DNA of 64,000 nt from Aplysia californica (taxonomy: Eukaryota), in assembly GCF_000002075.1 (NCBI RefSeq), contig NW_004798004.1, forward strand, positions 53,776 to 117,775. The letters run 5' to 3'. Below, in pieces: positions 13,456 to 26,177 of this stretch; the first letter of the stretch is position 1; each line of letters starts with the position of its first letter. Made by a program: the position numbers and the translations under genes. The notes under the pieces are model-generated. The model saw nothing but the letters and a program-made list of their open reading frames with translations, was not told the DNA's origin and searched no databases.

Positions 13456-14185
13456 CTGGGGAAACAAAGTCACAAACCAGATTTCAACAAATAGGCCTAT
13501 AAAGTAGGGCCAAAGATAATAATTGTCTATGAAGTGGTGCACGTAACGGTGCCAGGCCACTTGGCGGTCCACTGAAATCTTTCTGTTCTACTTGACTGAC
13601 TACTACTGGACCAGTCTGACAACTGTTCCACTTTTATAACAGTCTACTACATTGTAATCTACTACAAACCAAACTTGACAGTCTACTTGTCTTCTACAAT
13701 CCAAACCAAAAAAAACATTTCCCCTTTGCATATAAATATATATATATAAAAGCTTGGGACTGTCCTTCGGCATATCAAAAATGATTTTGATTCTGAAAAG
13801 GACCGTAAACGTTTTGACAGGGGAAGGTTGGGGCTGTGCGTGCATGTGTATGTGTGTGTATGTGTAAGGGGGGTTCTGTTGCTCCCTTTGATTTCTTGAA
13901 AGTCTTGCATCAGGATGTGGAATGTGGAAGTGATTGATAGTAGACTGTCAGGTAGATATAGGTCAGTTACAGGACTAACGGTAGACAACATTAAAGCAGC
14001 AAGCTGTAAGTGGATTGACACCCATTTAACTTTGTCTCCTTTAAATTGTTGCAAACAACACTGACATTTTTCAATTAAAATTGCAAAAGAAATAATATAT
14101 CAACTTATACTAGAAGATATTAGCCTTGTCTTCAGTCCCAAAGTCAGTCAGCATTTAAAGAGGCCTGTAAATTTAAATCAAAATA

Positions 14186-15068
14186 CAGTCGAACCTGAGT
14201 AAGACGAAATCGCAAGGGAGCCAGAAAAAAATTCCGTCTTAGACATTTTCCGACATAGATAGGGGAATTTAGGGGGAGATGGAGGTTGGGGGGGGGGGGT
14301 TCAAAGGCCCAGCCAGTGGGATCAAGGATCGCTTGTCCAATCGGCAAGCAGTGGTCAAAACTTTACACCTCTCAATTGCTATCCTGTCTGATAATGACAT
14401 GCGTCAGTCTTACTTATCCAATTACCACCAGTGCTTGCCTTTCATAGGACCACTGTTTGACCTATTAAAAACAGAAACGTTTGAACATCTCCCTTGCTTC
14501 CATCCTAAGCCCCACCCACCAATGCCACCCCTTACTGCCATCATTCTAACAACAATTCAAGGAACTCTTTTCTCGGCTGGCCGTACGATCAGGGCGGCAG
14601 GCATTGGTCAGTCTAATTTCACAACTCTGGCTTTTGGCTACCCAGGAAAGTTTCCGTAGTAGTGGCTCGCTACTCGAGCACTCTCGCGGGCAGTCGTGAG
14701 ATTTCACACCCACACTCCACTGACCATCTGCATCACTCAGCGGGCTCACATGATGGGGTAACATCTACCCCCAAATTGCACCCCTATTCCCCTTCCTCGC
14801 CCAGCCGCATGACCATAGCGTTAGTTTAGAGCCAGCGGAACCAAACTTGCGAATTTTGTTTCAAATCAGGGCTGAGCGGGCAAAGCATTTTCCGTCTTAG
14901 ACAGGTGAAATCCTCGGAAGGGAGCGGATTTGTCTTTCTGTTTCCGTGTTGGACAGGTTTCCGTTTTATACAGGTAATTAAAGAGGAATATATCAAGGGG
15001 GGAGCAGGGAGACTCCGTTAAGACAGGTTTCCGTTTTATACAGGTTTCCGTTAAGGCAGGTTCGACTG
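14186..15068. mobile_element. Tc1/mariner-pogo-type non-autonomous element
   Basis: TIR cagtcgaacctg...caggttcgactg with TA TSD; subterminal caggtttccgt repeats. Confidence 0.85.
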
Positions 15069-15610
15069 TAAAAAAAATTTTTAAAGGAAGAAAAAAGAGT
15101 GAATGTAAAATACACAAAATAAATAAATTACCAATTTTTTTCTTGTACACATAGATAGGAGACAGTTTAGAAAAATCACTCAAACTGAATTATACCTTCC
15201 TTTTTTTAAACTTGAAAACATTTTCATGTCGATACAATTGACATAACATAACCATAAAATCGACAAAGAAACCAAAGAAGTAATGGGCTTTATAACATAC
15301 AAGTCCAAACTCAAACTCAGATAGTTTACTTAGAATCTTCTTAATAGTTCACAAGGTGATCTTGCTGAAAAAAGTAGGCAAGGGAGTGATCAAAATTCTT
15401 TGCAATTTGTATATTTAGAGATTAATCTTCTCCATGTCACCAATTCATCAGATCTACTCAACATGATGATTTCATCTGTAATGGCAAACACCACAGTACA
15501 GTATCTCAGATACTGAAGTTTAATGACAAGCAAAAGCGAGATACAGCTTAGCTGTGAAGGATACCAATATAAAATGACATAACACAGTATTGAGAAAGTG
15601 ATAATGCTAC

Positions 15611-15689
15611 CTGACAATGATGTATCCAGCCTCCTCAAAGTCTCTTTTCATTTGGGGAGTGACTTGAAAATTTTCAGTGAATGTGAATT
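15611..15689 (-). CDS. PhyH-family dioxygenase, exon 2 (FTFTENFQVTPQMKRDFEEAGYIIVR)
   Basis: tttcag acceptor, gtagc donor; F-x-x-x-G-Y-I-I-V-R N-terminal PhyH motif. Confidence 0.9.
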
Positions 15690-16431
15690 CTGAAATAGCA
15701 GTAGGTGATATAAAATTTTTATTTTTTATGAAGGTGGAACTCAATTTGCAAGACAGGAGGAGTAAATAACTTACAAAATAACCATTATTATAACTAATCT
15801 AATTAACTTTCTATCCTCATGACTATAACAATAGAATTAAAATGAGTACATACTACTCTTTTATAAAATATCACAATAAATTTTGTACTATTTTACTTTT
15901 TCATTACCATCCCATGCTCAGATAAAAGACATGTTATGATCTGTGGCAAAAAATTCTGCAACAGCTTATTGAGTTTGACCCTGATAGCAGTTCATCTGTG
16001 TGCGGAAGTGAAAGTAAAAATTTACATAAATTTATAATCAGGATTAGTCATCATGATCATTCAACAAATCCACTGCTATACTAGTCTTGCACTGAGCAGT
16101 CAAAATGATTTGTGTCCAGTTCATAGTGATTTTGTTTCAGTAATATTTCAGTTAAAACCTGAGGCTTGAATCTAAGTGGATTTCTGGTGGACTCCAAATT
16201 CTGCTATCAAAAATATTTTTACTTTATAGAGTTAGTATATTAGGTATTCTTTTACTTCCACTACCGTCTCATGCTCAGGTTTTTTAAAGCACTGTTCTTG
16301 TTCATTATATTATGTAATCTCCTTACACTCACATAACTCACTTAGAAGCTGAGTCCGAATAAATTAAAACATTTTTTCCGACCTGAGTTTAGATAAAACC
16401 GATATTCGGACTTGAGTCCGAATAGATGAAA

Positions 16432-16539
16432 ATTATAGGTCGGCTTTATTTCTCCGAACGTTAGGGAAAATAAACTTGAACTCCATTTCTCCGAACGGTT
16501 TCCGTTCTCGGGATTTTTTTTATTGAGTGGCCCTCATGT

Positions 16540-16582
<43 letters not shown>

Positions 16583-16985
16583 TGTGTGTCAGGTGTGACC
16601 GGGGGCGTGGAGGGATTTGTTTTGTTTACATGAATGAACGATTTTAGTTTTTGCTTTATGGATGACTAAATGCAAAATAGGTTACTGCCAAAGTCGAGCA
16701 GTCTTGTTTTCTCGAAGTACCTTTTGAAGGCATTTTCAAATGAAGTATAGTCCGGGAACATTGCCCCAACCACAATTGGTATCTGAATATTCAGACTTTA
16801 AAAAATCTCTAGCTCTAGAAATTGAATTCGATGCAAAAATGTTTCATGCAGTCCTCACAGAACGACAGAATGAAAGATGATGCCGAAATCTCTCAAATAA
16901 CGAAAAAATCTTGAGAACGGAAACCGTTAAGAGAAATAGAGCTCAAGTTTATTTTCCCGAACGTTCGGAGAAATATAGTCACTTC
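16432..16985 (-). mobile_element. Long-TIR (MULE-like) non-autonomous element, copy A
   Basis: ~75-bp TIRs and internal (CA)n; reverse complement of 17041-17565. Confidence 0.85.
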
Positions 16986-17040
16986 GAAAATTATATTCGG
17001 ACTCGAGTCCAAATAGAGCTGGCCTATAATATAATATACG

Positions 17041-17407
17041 GAAGTGACTATTTCTCCGAACGTTCGGGAAAATAAAGTTGAATCTTATTTCTCTGAACGG
17101 TTTCCGATCTTGAGATTTTTTTGTTATTTGCGAGTATTAGGCGTCATCCTTTCATTCTGCCATTCTGCGAGGACTGGGAAGAAGAATTTTTTGCATCGAA
17201 TTCAGTTTCTAGAGCTAGAAATTTTTTAATGTCTGAATATTCAGATACTTCAGTTGTGGTTGGGGCAACGTTCCCGGACTATACTTCATTTGAAAATACT
17301 TTCAATAGGTACTGCGAGAAAACAAGACTGATCGACCTTGGCAGTAACCTATTTGCATTTAGTCACCCAGCAAAAACTAAAATCCGTTCACACCTGACAC
17401 ACACGCC

Positions 17408-17448
<41 letters not shown>

Positions 17449-17565
17449 ACTCACGGACCACTCCATTCGCTTATTATCAACAAACCTCGAGAACGGGAAC
17501 CGTTCAGAGAAACAGAGTTCAAGTTTATTTTCCCAAACGTTCAGAGAAATAGAGCAGCCTATAAT
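17041..17565 (+). mobile_element. Long-TIR (MULE-like) non-autonomous element, copy B
   Basis: TIRs ctatttctccgaacgttcgggaaaataaa... and ...tttattttcccaaacgttcagagaaatag. Confidence 0.85.
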
Positions 17566-17744
17566 ATATAGATCTATGTGTAATCTGAAGCGAAAATTAC
17601 TGCAGTTCGACCCTCAAAGTCGTCAAAGCAGTGCATCAGTGGGCGGGAGTGAAAGTATAAATTTACCAGCCGATAATAGAGGCCTAATAATATTAGTTAA
17701 TACGCTGGTGTGATTTAATTTAAACGCATGCGTAATTTAAAATC

Positions 17745-18170
17745 TACTAGATTCTAGATCTAGATCTAGTGAGAGAGTCAAAGTCTGAATACAGACGCAG
17801 CTGTAGAATCTAATCTAGATTCAAGATCATATTACATAAAAACAACAATTACAATACTGGATTTCTAGATCTACATCTAGATCTAGATCTAGATCTACAT
17901 CTAGATTCTAGATCTAGACTAGACTCTAGATTTAGTTGTAGATCTCTAGACTAGCTGACTCTAGATTGTAGATCTAGAATCTAGATCTAGATCTAGATCT
18001 AGAAAATCTAGATCTAGATTTAGATCTATAATCTACATCTAGATCTAGATCTAGATCTAGCTCTACATCTAGCTAGATCTTGATATAGATCTAGATCTAG
18101 ATCTAGATATAGATCTAGATCTAGATTCTAATCTAGATCTATAAATCTATAATCTAGATATCTAGATCTA
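17745..18170. repeat. Degenerate palindromic (TAGATC)n hexamer array
   Basis: Runs of tctagatctagatctaga, most regular at 17865-18170. Confidence 0.95.
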
Positions 18171-18176
18171 TCCGAC

Positions 18177-18189
18177 CTTTCAAAGCCAT
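18177..18189 (-). CDS. PhyH-family Fe(II)/2OG dioxygenase, coding exon 1 (MALK-E)
   Basis: ATG GCT TTG AAA G|gtcgga. Phase 1 matches the next exon, and it lies next to the divergent QSOX start. The exon is short and the donor is weak. Confidence 0.6.
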
Positions 18190-18671
18190 AGTGTGATTTA
18201 GTCGTTCAGTACTGTAGTCCGAATGTCCGAAAGGTTATTTGCGCAAGCAAGTCCAGGAACGATCCGATCGTCCGAACTCTACACCTAACTTAAGTCTGAA
18301 GGCAGGCCACCGGCCACTGTGTGACTGTGTGAACATTTAAGGGGCGAAATCAAAACAAACTGGACCTCTGAACTCCAGAACGTCACATGACTGCTAGAAA
18401 TAGTAAAGGAAAATGTGTCTTCATTTCTGAAAGGAAGAAAAGCTCAGGTACGGAAAATGTAAATTGTCAACCCGGACGTGTGTTCGAAAACGAATTTGTG
18501 AGGATTTGTTTTTTTTTGTTTGGAAGGAAACGTACGTGTCATCGGTCACAATCACCTGCACAATGTGATTTAACTTATTTTAAACCTAAATTGGTGTTAA
18601 GCGAACCATCCTTTTACTTTGTTCCCCGTTTATGCTTTTATGCACTGCGTAGCACAGTGATACTCAAGTTA
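18190..18671. promoter_or_regulatory. Putative bidirectional promoter and 5' UTRs between the PhyH-like gene and QSOX
   Basis: Divergent ATGs 482 nt apart; locally CpG-rich. Confidence 0.6.
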
Positions 18672-18957
18672 ATGATGGGGAAATTTCGGGCGACAGCTGC
18701 TGTGGCTTTTGACTTGGACACTCTGGTGATATTAATTTTGTCGCTCTCATTGACTGTTGAACTGACAGCTGGTTTCAAAGATGGATTATATTCAACAGAT
18801 ACTGACGATGTGATTCCTCTAAATGAGAAAACATTTCAGAGTGAATTAGTCAACGGCAAACCATCCAAATTTTGGGTGGTGGAGTTTTATAACAGTTGGT
18901 GTGGCCATTGTATACATTTTGCCCCGTCATGGAAGAAAGTAGCGACTGGTTTCAAAG
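18672..18957 (+). CDS. QSOX: Sulfhydryl oxidase QSOX, exon 1 (signal peptide + Trx1 domain)
   Basis: Hydrophobic leader, then GLYS..DDV..L...F and WVVEFYNSWCGHCIHFAPSWK (Trx CxxC); donor gtacg. Confidence 0.95.
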
Positions 18958-19183
18958 GTACGTACCTCAGCAAAACCTCTGAAACAGGTGTTCCACTTTA
19001 CAAAGGAATCTGCATTGTATAATATATGCATGAATGGGGAAAAAACACATAAAGGCACACTAATTATAAATAAAAAATAAAAAAGTGGAAGAATCTCAGA
19101 GATGTTACCAACATTATTTGCTCTCATCTTTTCATTATTTTTTGGTGTTGCAGAGAAATGAGAATATAATCTAGATCTAGAGA

Positions 19184-20020
19184 CAGTAGCGGTGGGTAGT
19201 GAAGAGCTCACGGGCTTGAGCCCCTACCCCCTCCCCACCCACCACCCCCAACTCTATCCCAAAGTAAATGAAAGTTTCTCCGTAATGAAATTATAAGCAC
19301 TTGAAACCATTATGAGCGAACGCAATGAACACAGCGTGATCAACTTGGCGGCTTGCTCGCTTATCCAATCACTGTTGTCACCGCTTACAACTATAGTAAC
19401 CGAGCAGCCAATCAAATGTCTATAGGGCTCAGAGAAGATGAGCCCTTTTCCCACTGCCCGTCCTTAATGAAACTATTCTTGTAAAAAGGTAGAAGACTGG
19501 GAAAAAATAACACTGTACCGAGGGCTCACGCTCTCCTAACCCTGACAATGGGGTGAAAGTTTACAACACACTTTCCCCCACTGACACAGATACCTTTGCG
19601 CTCATTGGTTGTTTGTTGGGTGCGTTCACCTTTCTCGACTACACGGCCTAATCCAGCTCATAGAAGTATGTATTATGTTTGAAGTGCTGTGTGTGCATGT
19701 TTGTGTTTGTGCCGCTGAGACTTAACATTTATATAAATCAGGTCGAACTACTTTTAAGGCAACTTTTTCATCACACGAAAACTAATTAGAGAAAATTTGG
19801 AGGTGAAACAAACAGCTTTGTCCCCACCATCAACAGAATTTTAAAACTAAGAACAAAGAGATGAAAAACAAAGGCAACTCTTCTCGTTTGACTTGAATTA
19901 TGGTTCTCAAACTGCCGTGGCTCACCGTGAGTATAGGAAAATCACCACTGTTTAGTTCTTATTGCTTGCTATTTGGTGGTAAAGAACTGGAAGCAACCTA
20001 AGCCCCACCCACTGCCACTG
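19184..20020. mobile_element. hAT-like non-autonomous element
   Basis: Imperfect TIR cagtagcggtgggt / acccactgccactg; imperfect 8-bp TSD tctagaga/gatagaga. Confidence 0.55.
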
Positions 20021-20510
20021 GATAGAGATCTAAACCTAGCAGACAATTAAATATTTTAAAATGTTATTTAAATATCGAAAAACAAAAGGATAAACATTAA
20101 CTTTGGATTCATTTATATTATGTTTTTTACACTCAGGAATTCTCATAAAATGGGTGTTCTGCCAATGCTGACAATTTATGCCTTTTTTCTTATCTCACTG
20201 CAGTTTCGAGATAAATGGCTTTTTGACAGCGTAATCATTTTAAAAGGCTTCTTCTAAAATTGAATTTTCTAAATAAAATAAAAAAACTAGTCACAATTTC
20301 ACTTTGATGAATTTTTCACCCAAGAAGTAGGATATAACTTATCCGAATATCGATTTAGCAAATGTATAAAAAAAATTGCCTCCAGAAATGGAAAATTGGT
20401 GTTTCGTCAACTTAGGGCAGTGTTTGGATTAAAGTACCAGAGACTAGTACTGTCAAACCTCAAAGTAGTTGTCAACTTTGGGATGAGCATATGATGAAGT
20501 AGGCCTACAA

Positions 20511-20707
20511 CAGTGCAGCCTCTCTATTACAACATCATTCGTTGGGACCAGAAAAAAATGTCGTTTAAAATGAGAGTTGTCGTTACAGAGAGTCAACCAA
20601 AAATCACTAATGGTATTTACATAATAAGGAAAAAGCGGGCCCTGGGCACCATGTCGCTGTACGGAGGATGTCGTTATATCGAAGGTCATTATAGAGAGGC
20701 TGCACTG
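20511..20707. mobile_element. Tc1/mariner-type MITE
   Basis: 17-bp perfect TIR cagtgcagcctctctat...atagagaggctgcactg; TA on the 3' side. Confidence 0.8.
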
Positions 20708-20737
20708 TAGGTCATACGGCGCTGCTGGTGCTCCCAC

Positions 20738-20738
<1 letters not shown>

Positions 20739-20775
<37 letters not shown>

Positions 20776-20875
20776 NNNNNNNNNNNNNNNNNNNNNNNNN
20801 NNNNNNNNNNNNNNNNNNNNNNNNNNNNNNNNNNNNNNNNNNNNNNNNNNNNNNNNNNNNNNNNNNNNNNNNNNN

Positions 20876-20943
<68 letters not shown>
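20739..20943. repeat. (CT)n microsatellite with assembly gap
   Basis: Direct observation. Confidence 0.95.
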
Positions 20944-20944
<1 letters not shown>

Positions 20945-21997
20945 GTGCGCATATAGTACAACTTTCAATTTGACAATTAATTATTTTATTTAATGCACTC
21001 CCGGATCAGAAACTATTTTTTGTGAAATGCAAAACTATAAAGTAAGGGTGGGTTGCAGGATGGGAAAGGAGGGAGTGTAAACAATGGCAAGCTCTAACTT
21101 GCAAAGTCAAATGTGTCACAGTGTGGTGGAATAAAGCTCTCATCAATTTTTGGGCATGGAGTTATTGGTGTACACATATGATTTTAGAGCTTGTTCATTT
21201 GTCTTGCTTTTGATGAAAATACACATTTGTATCATGAATAGAAGTCGCGATATGGGTGAGGGTCGCCTATTTTCAGAGGTAAAATTAGTGAGAAAATGGC
21301 TGCTAAAGTTTTGTGACTTCCAAAGGTTGGAACCCTTAGAAACTGCAAATTGATATTTTTTGTGCCTGAACATTTTTCAGTAAAATCCATAGAGAAATGT
21401 TTTTTTTAAATGGACCTTAACACTTTTCCATCATGAGGCTCATATATATAGTAAAAACCCTTGCCAACAAAGGCAAAGGCATTTAGGGGGGAACCCAAAT
21501 AAACTGGGTGGTTGACATCGCCGATCAGCGAGATGTGACGGCAAAATGTTAAAGGTGTTGAGTTAGGTAAAAAAAAAAAAATTCGATTAAAATTGCCAAA
21601 CGGACAAAAAAAATGCCTGTTTCTTCAATTCTATTATTTCACCATGATGCCTCGCTGAGAAAAAGGGAGATTGTCAGTTATCACTGAGTGGGTGTCATTT
21701 GCCAATAACATGTGTACCTCTGGCGACCAGTTTGCTAGCATTGTTGTAGGGCAAATTTATAGTTTAGTAAGGACCATACAACTCAGACCGTAGACAGTTT
21801 AACAGGGCAAATAGTATTTTTAAAGGCATTCTTTTTATAAGATAAGATGATGTCCGAGAGGGAAATTTTTCATGCATTGGCAGAACCTTGTTGTAGGTGG
21901 GGCTCCAGTTTAATGAAGTTTGACTTTATATGTTTTTTTTCTCATTTTGAAATCATATATAATTTGAACATAATAATATTATGTGAATTTAATGATC

Positions 21998-22580
21998 GAA
22001 GTGAATATTTCTCCGAACGCTCGGGAAAATAAACTTGACCTCTATTTCTCTGAACGGTTTCCGTATTCAAAATTTTTTTTGTTATTTGCAAGAGTTCGGC
22101 GTCATCTTTGGTTCTGCCATTTTGCGAGGACTGGGAATCTAAGAAGCATTTTTTGCATCAAATTCAATTTCTAGAGCTAGATTTTTTAGATGCCTGAATA
22201 TTCAGATACTTCAATTGTGGTTGGGGCAATGTTCTTGGACTAGATCTCTATATTTCATTTGAAAATGCCTTAAAAAGGTACTTCGAGAAAACAAGGCTGC
22301 TCGACTTTGGCAGTAACCTATTTTGCATTTAATCACCCCTAAAGCAAAACTAAATCACAAAACTATCTCTCCACGCCCCCTCGCCCACCCCCTCACCCCA
22401 TTCACACTTTACACACACACACACTCACACGCACAAACACACACACACACACAGGCATGCGCGTGCACGCGGGCCACTCCATTCGCAAATAACCAACAAA
22501 TCTCGAGAACAGAAAACGTTCGGAGAAGTAGAAATCAAGTTTATTATTTTCCCGAGCGTTAGGAGAAATAGAGCCGGCCT
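21998..22580 (+). mobile_element. Long-TIR (MULE-like) non-autonomous element, copy C
   Basis: Colinear with 17041-17565. Confidence 0.85.
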
Positions 22581-23213
22581 TTAATGATTTGGGGGGGGGG
22601 GGGGGGGGGGTGGTGTTCAAGGGGACAGTTCCGTCTTGACTAAACTAAAGTGAAGTGTGTAGAAATGTTTTGACAACAGAGAAAAAAACGAAACCCTACT
22701 CGCAGTACTCAGTAGCTGAATGATTTATAGTCAGTTTCACTTGAAGAGACATTAGTACACTGGCAGGTTCGTTATAACACGTTATTTCTATTTATAATAC
22801 AGTCATACTCCGTTACTTTTGCTCTTAGCGCGGTTCTCTTTTCCCCTTCTCAGTGCTCTTGTCAAGTAAATGATTTTAGGATTTGCACGCTGTGAGGAGC
22901 CTCCTGGGGATCATAGTTCATTTGGTGTTTTTATAATTGAGTGAGTTAAAACAGGCATTACCTTCATGTTCCTTTCTCAGGAATTAAAAATCTGGCTCAA
23001 GGATTGTGGCCATGTCTGAAATTGAGCATTGGACGTTATAACTTTTTACTTAATCAAAGTGTTTGTAAAGGACTAACTTTTGTATATTAGTTTTGATCAT
23101 GACTTTATAGTTAAATACTTTTTGATAGCAGTAACTGATTCATGAGCTGAAAGCTTATGAAATGTATGTATATATGATCATGAACTTGTAATTTTTATTG
23201 TCTTGTTCCCCAG

Positions 23214-23314
23214 AATGGCAAGACATTGTAGCCATCGCTGCCATAGACTGTTCCCAGGCTGTCAACCTAGAAACGTGTCGTCAGTTTGATATCAATGCAT
23301 ATCCATCTATGAAG
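23214..23314 (+). CDS. QSOX: QSOX exon 2 (WQDIVAIAAIDCSQAVNLETCRQFDINAYPSMK)
   Basis: QSOX Trx1 motifs DC..N..CR.F.I..YP; cccag / gtttg. Confidence 0.95.
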
Positions 23315-24075
23315 GTTTGTTATTTTTAAAAGTTAAAAAATTATTATTTGATTGAATTTGTAAATTTGCGCACTTGGAGACAAGGATCAGTTTAAGATGA
23401 TTTAGCTTTACCTCAGACACGTTGAGTACAGAAGTACAGAATATTCATGGTGCCACTAGTTGGTCACCACCATGCTGTCATTAGATTTTTCATCTTTTCG
23501 CGGTTTTCCCAATTCTTGATGGAAGAAACAGTCAAGGAGAAAAAAATACAACAGTGACCAGTGTTTGATCTTGAGCTATATATAATAATAATCTTTGTTA
23601 TTGTAAATTACCAATTCTATCAGTGTCTCGACCCATATTTATACTTGTTCAAACAAAAATTACTTGATTTAGATTTGTATAATATCTTTGCTACTGTAAG
23701 TTACCAATTAGATCAGTATCTCCAACTGTACTTAAACTAGTTCACTGAGAAAAATTGAAGTTGAAACAATTAGCTCGGAAAGGGCTGGTTTCTGATACTG
23801 TTTTGCAAAGATAAATTAATTGTTGCGCAAATTTAGACAAATTTAGTAGGGGTCTGTAGCGCTGATGTTATTTTTGTCAGGAACATAAAGTTATATGATT
23901 AGTTTTAAAAGTAGGGATGTGGTATTTCTCTAAATTGTAAGTTTTAAGCTCATATCAAAAGCTTTGAATTGACAATTGTGATTCTAATATTTGAATAACT
24001 TCAAGGTGTTCTTTTTTTTTTTTTTGTCAACAAAACTATCGTATATGGAAGTAATTGCTTTGTGTTTATTTTCAG

Positions 24076-24218
24076 CTCTTTCCTCCCTCTGAAGTGGAAG
24101 ACAGGATGAAGAAAGTAGAGCCCTTTCGAACTCAGGATCCATTGGAAATAAAAAAGCTTGTTTTACAGTTCATGATAAAATATACTCCTGCATCATGGCC
24201 GAGACTCAAACCGTTAAA
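24076..24218 (+). CDS. QSOX: QSOX exon 3 (LFPPSE...PASWPRLKPL)
   Basis: ttcag / gtaag; WP.L.P motif; phases 0/2. Confidence 0.9.
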
Positions 24219-24877
24219 GTAAGTTGATTTCTGACTTTGGTTTTTATCTCTAAGGATGGATGGATAAATGGCCTTTGACCTTCTCCTCAGCTGAAGTTTT
24301 GACGAATAAGACTAATTATAGAAATAAACAATAGTTTTACAATATTTAGAAAGGATATAACTAACGAGTAGATAAAGAAGATGAGATGAGAGCATTTAAA
24401 AGACCCAATTTATGTAAATATTGCGTTTAGTTTCATATTTAACTTTAAGATTGTGATTGTCATGCTACATTTAGGAAACAGGTTGGTGTGTGTGCGTGCA
24501 TGAGTGTCATTGTTTTGTGTGTGTGTGTGTGTGTGTGTACATTTTATACGTGCATATTTGCATCTTACTTTGAGCAGTATTTTCTTAAATTAATCTTGTC
24601 TGCGATTATAAGGTTTTTTGGAATGCCTATATAATAATACATATATAGCAATTCAGATCATTTTTTTATGCAGCTTCTCCTGTGTGCACACAGCTCCAGA
24701 CGTTTTATTCAAATCCTCGTGAAATAAATCAATCCTTCTGTCTCAGAGGTTTTGTAAAATGTTATCTACATGACAGATTTCTTAATAGAAATAATTCCTG
24801 ATTTTGTGGTACTTTAGTTCCCATGGAGTTGGTATACTGAATTATGGCCATCATGTTTATATATGTAAAATCCTCAG

Positions 24878-24968
24878 AAAAATAGAGGATATCTGGCAGG
24901 AAAAGCAGGCCTCACATGAATACACTGTGCTCATCTTTGAGGAGCAAAACTCGATACTTGGCATGGAG
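24878..24968 (+). CDS. QSOX: QSOX exon 4 (KIEDIWQ...VLIFEEQNSILGME)
   Basis: Trx2 motif LIFE...S..G.E; ctcag / gtaag. Confidence 0.92.
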
Positions 24969-26177
24969 GTAAGTGCTGTACAGCTGTTAGATTTTTATTT
25001 ATGCATTGGAAATGTTATAACGTGACTTTGGATTTCAACCCTCCTCTGTGGTTATTGAGTCTACGGTTTTTGTTGTTGTTGGTTTTTTGTTTGTTTGCTT
25101 GTTTTACTTTCTGCTTTACTCGTCAATGGCAACTGATATTTATACTTTTCTTTTGGCTTCGATCCCTCAGGACTGGGAAAAAGCATACAATGTACTTGAT
25201 TTAAAGAATAGATTATTAACAAATCTGTCTGGCTTTTTGTATTTAACCCCTGTCGTATACACTGCTGTTGAACAAAAGTAATAACCCTCTTTGTCCATTT
25301 GCTATGTAATGTTTATAAGAGCTAAAGTTATTCCTATATTAGTGACGGAAATACTTTTTCGCAAAAATCATATTTGGCTGCCATGGTCCTTGGCAATCTG
25401 CCAGCCGCAGGATGGCTGTCCTCTTCAATGCTGATGTATTCCTGGTGCTTCCAAAAATAAACTCTTACTGATTGCAAATGAAACCTTCAGTTTTGACTTT
25501 CCCTTACAGTTCAGGGCATTCACAATCAAAGAGAAGGACAGAAAGAAGGACTACAATATTATTGCCTTCTGCAGCTTCTCTTATGAGAATAGGAAAAAGT
25601 ACCTGTGCTTGCCAAAGGAAAAATACTAACATCTGTTCTTGTAATTTAATTAATTGCTGGTATTTTCCTCTCCCTGGTGATATTTGCCAATATTTTCTGT
25701 TTCCAAAAGCCACAGCTGCTAGTTCTATGATTGTCAAACTTTACCATAACCTGTGAATTTAGAATCTCTGCCCCCCTTTGATCTTTTCCTGCTGTCTGCC
25801 TCCCCGACCTCTCACCTCTTGATATATAACCATATACTGTACTTCTACCCATACAGAGTTGAAATCTCAAATTAGATTAAAAATTGACTCCCTTTTCAGT
25901 TTAATCACAATGATAATAATAAATAGCATTTGTATAGTGCATACCCCCGCTCGACAGCAAGCTCTCTGCGCTTTATACTAAATTATTACCCCAGCAGATC
26001 CTATTACTTTCAGAAACATTCTCGGTGAAGCATACAGTGCAAGCAGCGGATTAAGCGTTCAAACACTAACAAAATGTTTTTATTCTTTCACTTTTTGTTC
26101 TGCTCTGTTTTGGCTGGGGAAAATGAGCTTCATTCAGCCCCCCCCCCCCCCCCTTCCCCCCACTCTCTCTCCTTCAG

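Noticed and set aside
3175-18189. Naming the gene PHYH or PHYHD1, and extending the 9q34 synteny argument to it
   Set aside because: The motif context (HQDYGYW) does not match my recollection of either gene, and orthology cannot be shown without a phylogeny.
18387-18671. 95-aa in-frame N-terminal extension of QSOX exon 1
   Set aside because: It would bury the signal peptide and overlaps the divergent promoter. The ATG at 18672/18675 fits QSOX architecture better.
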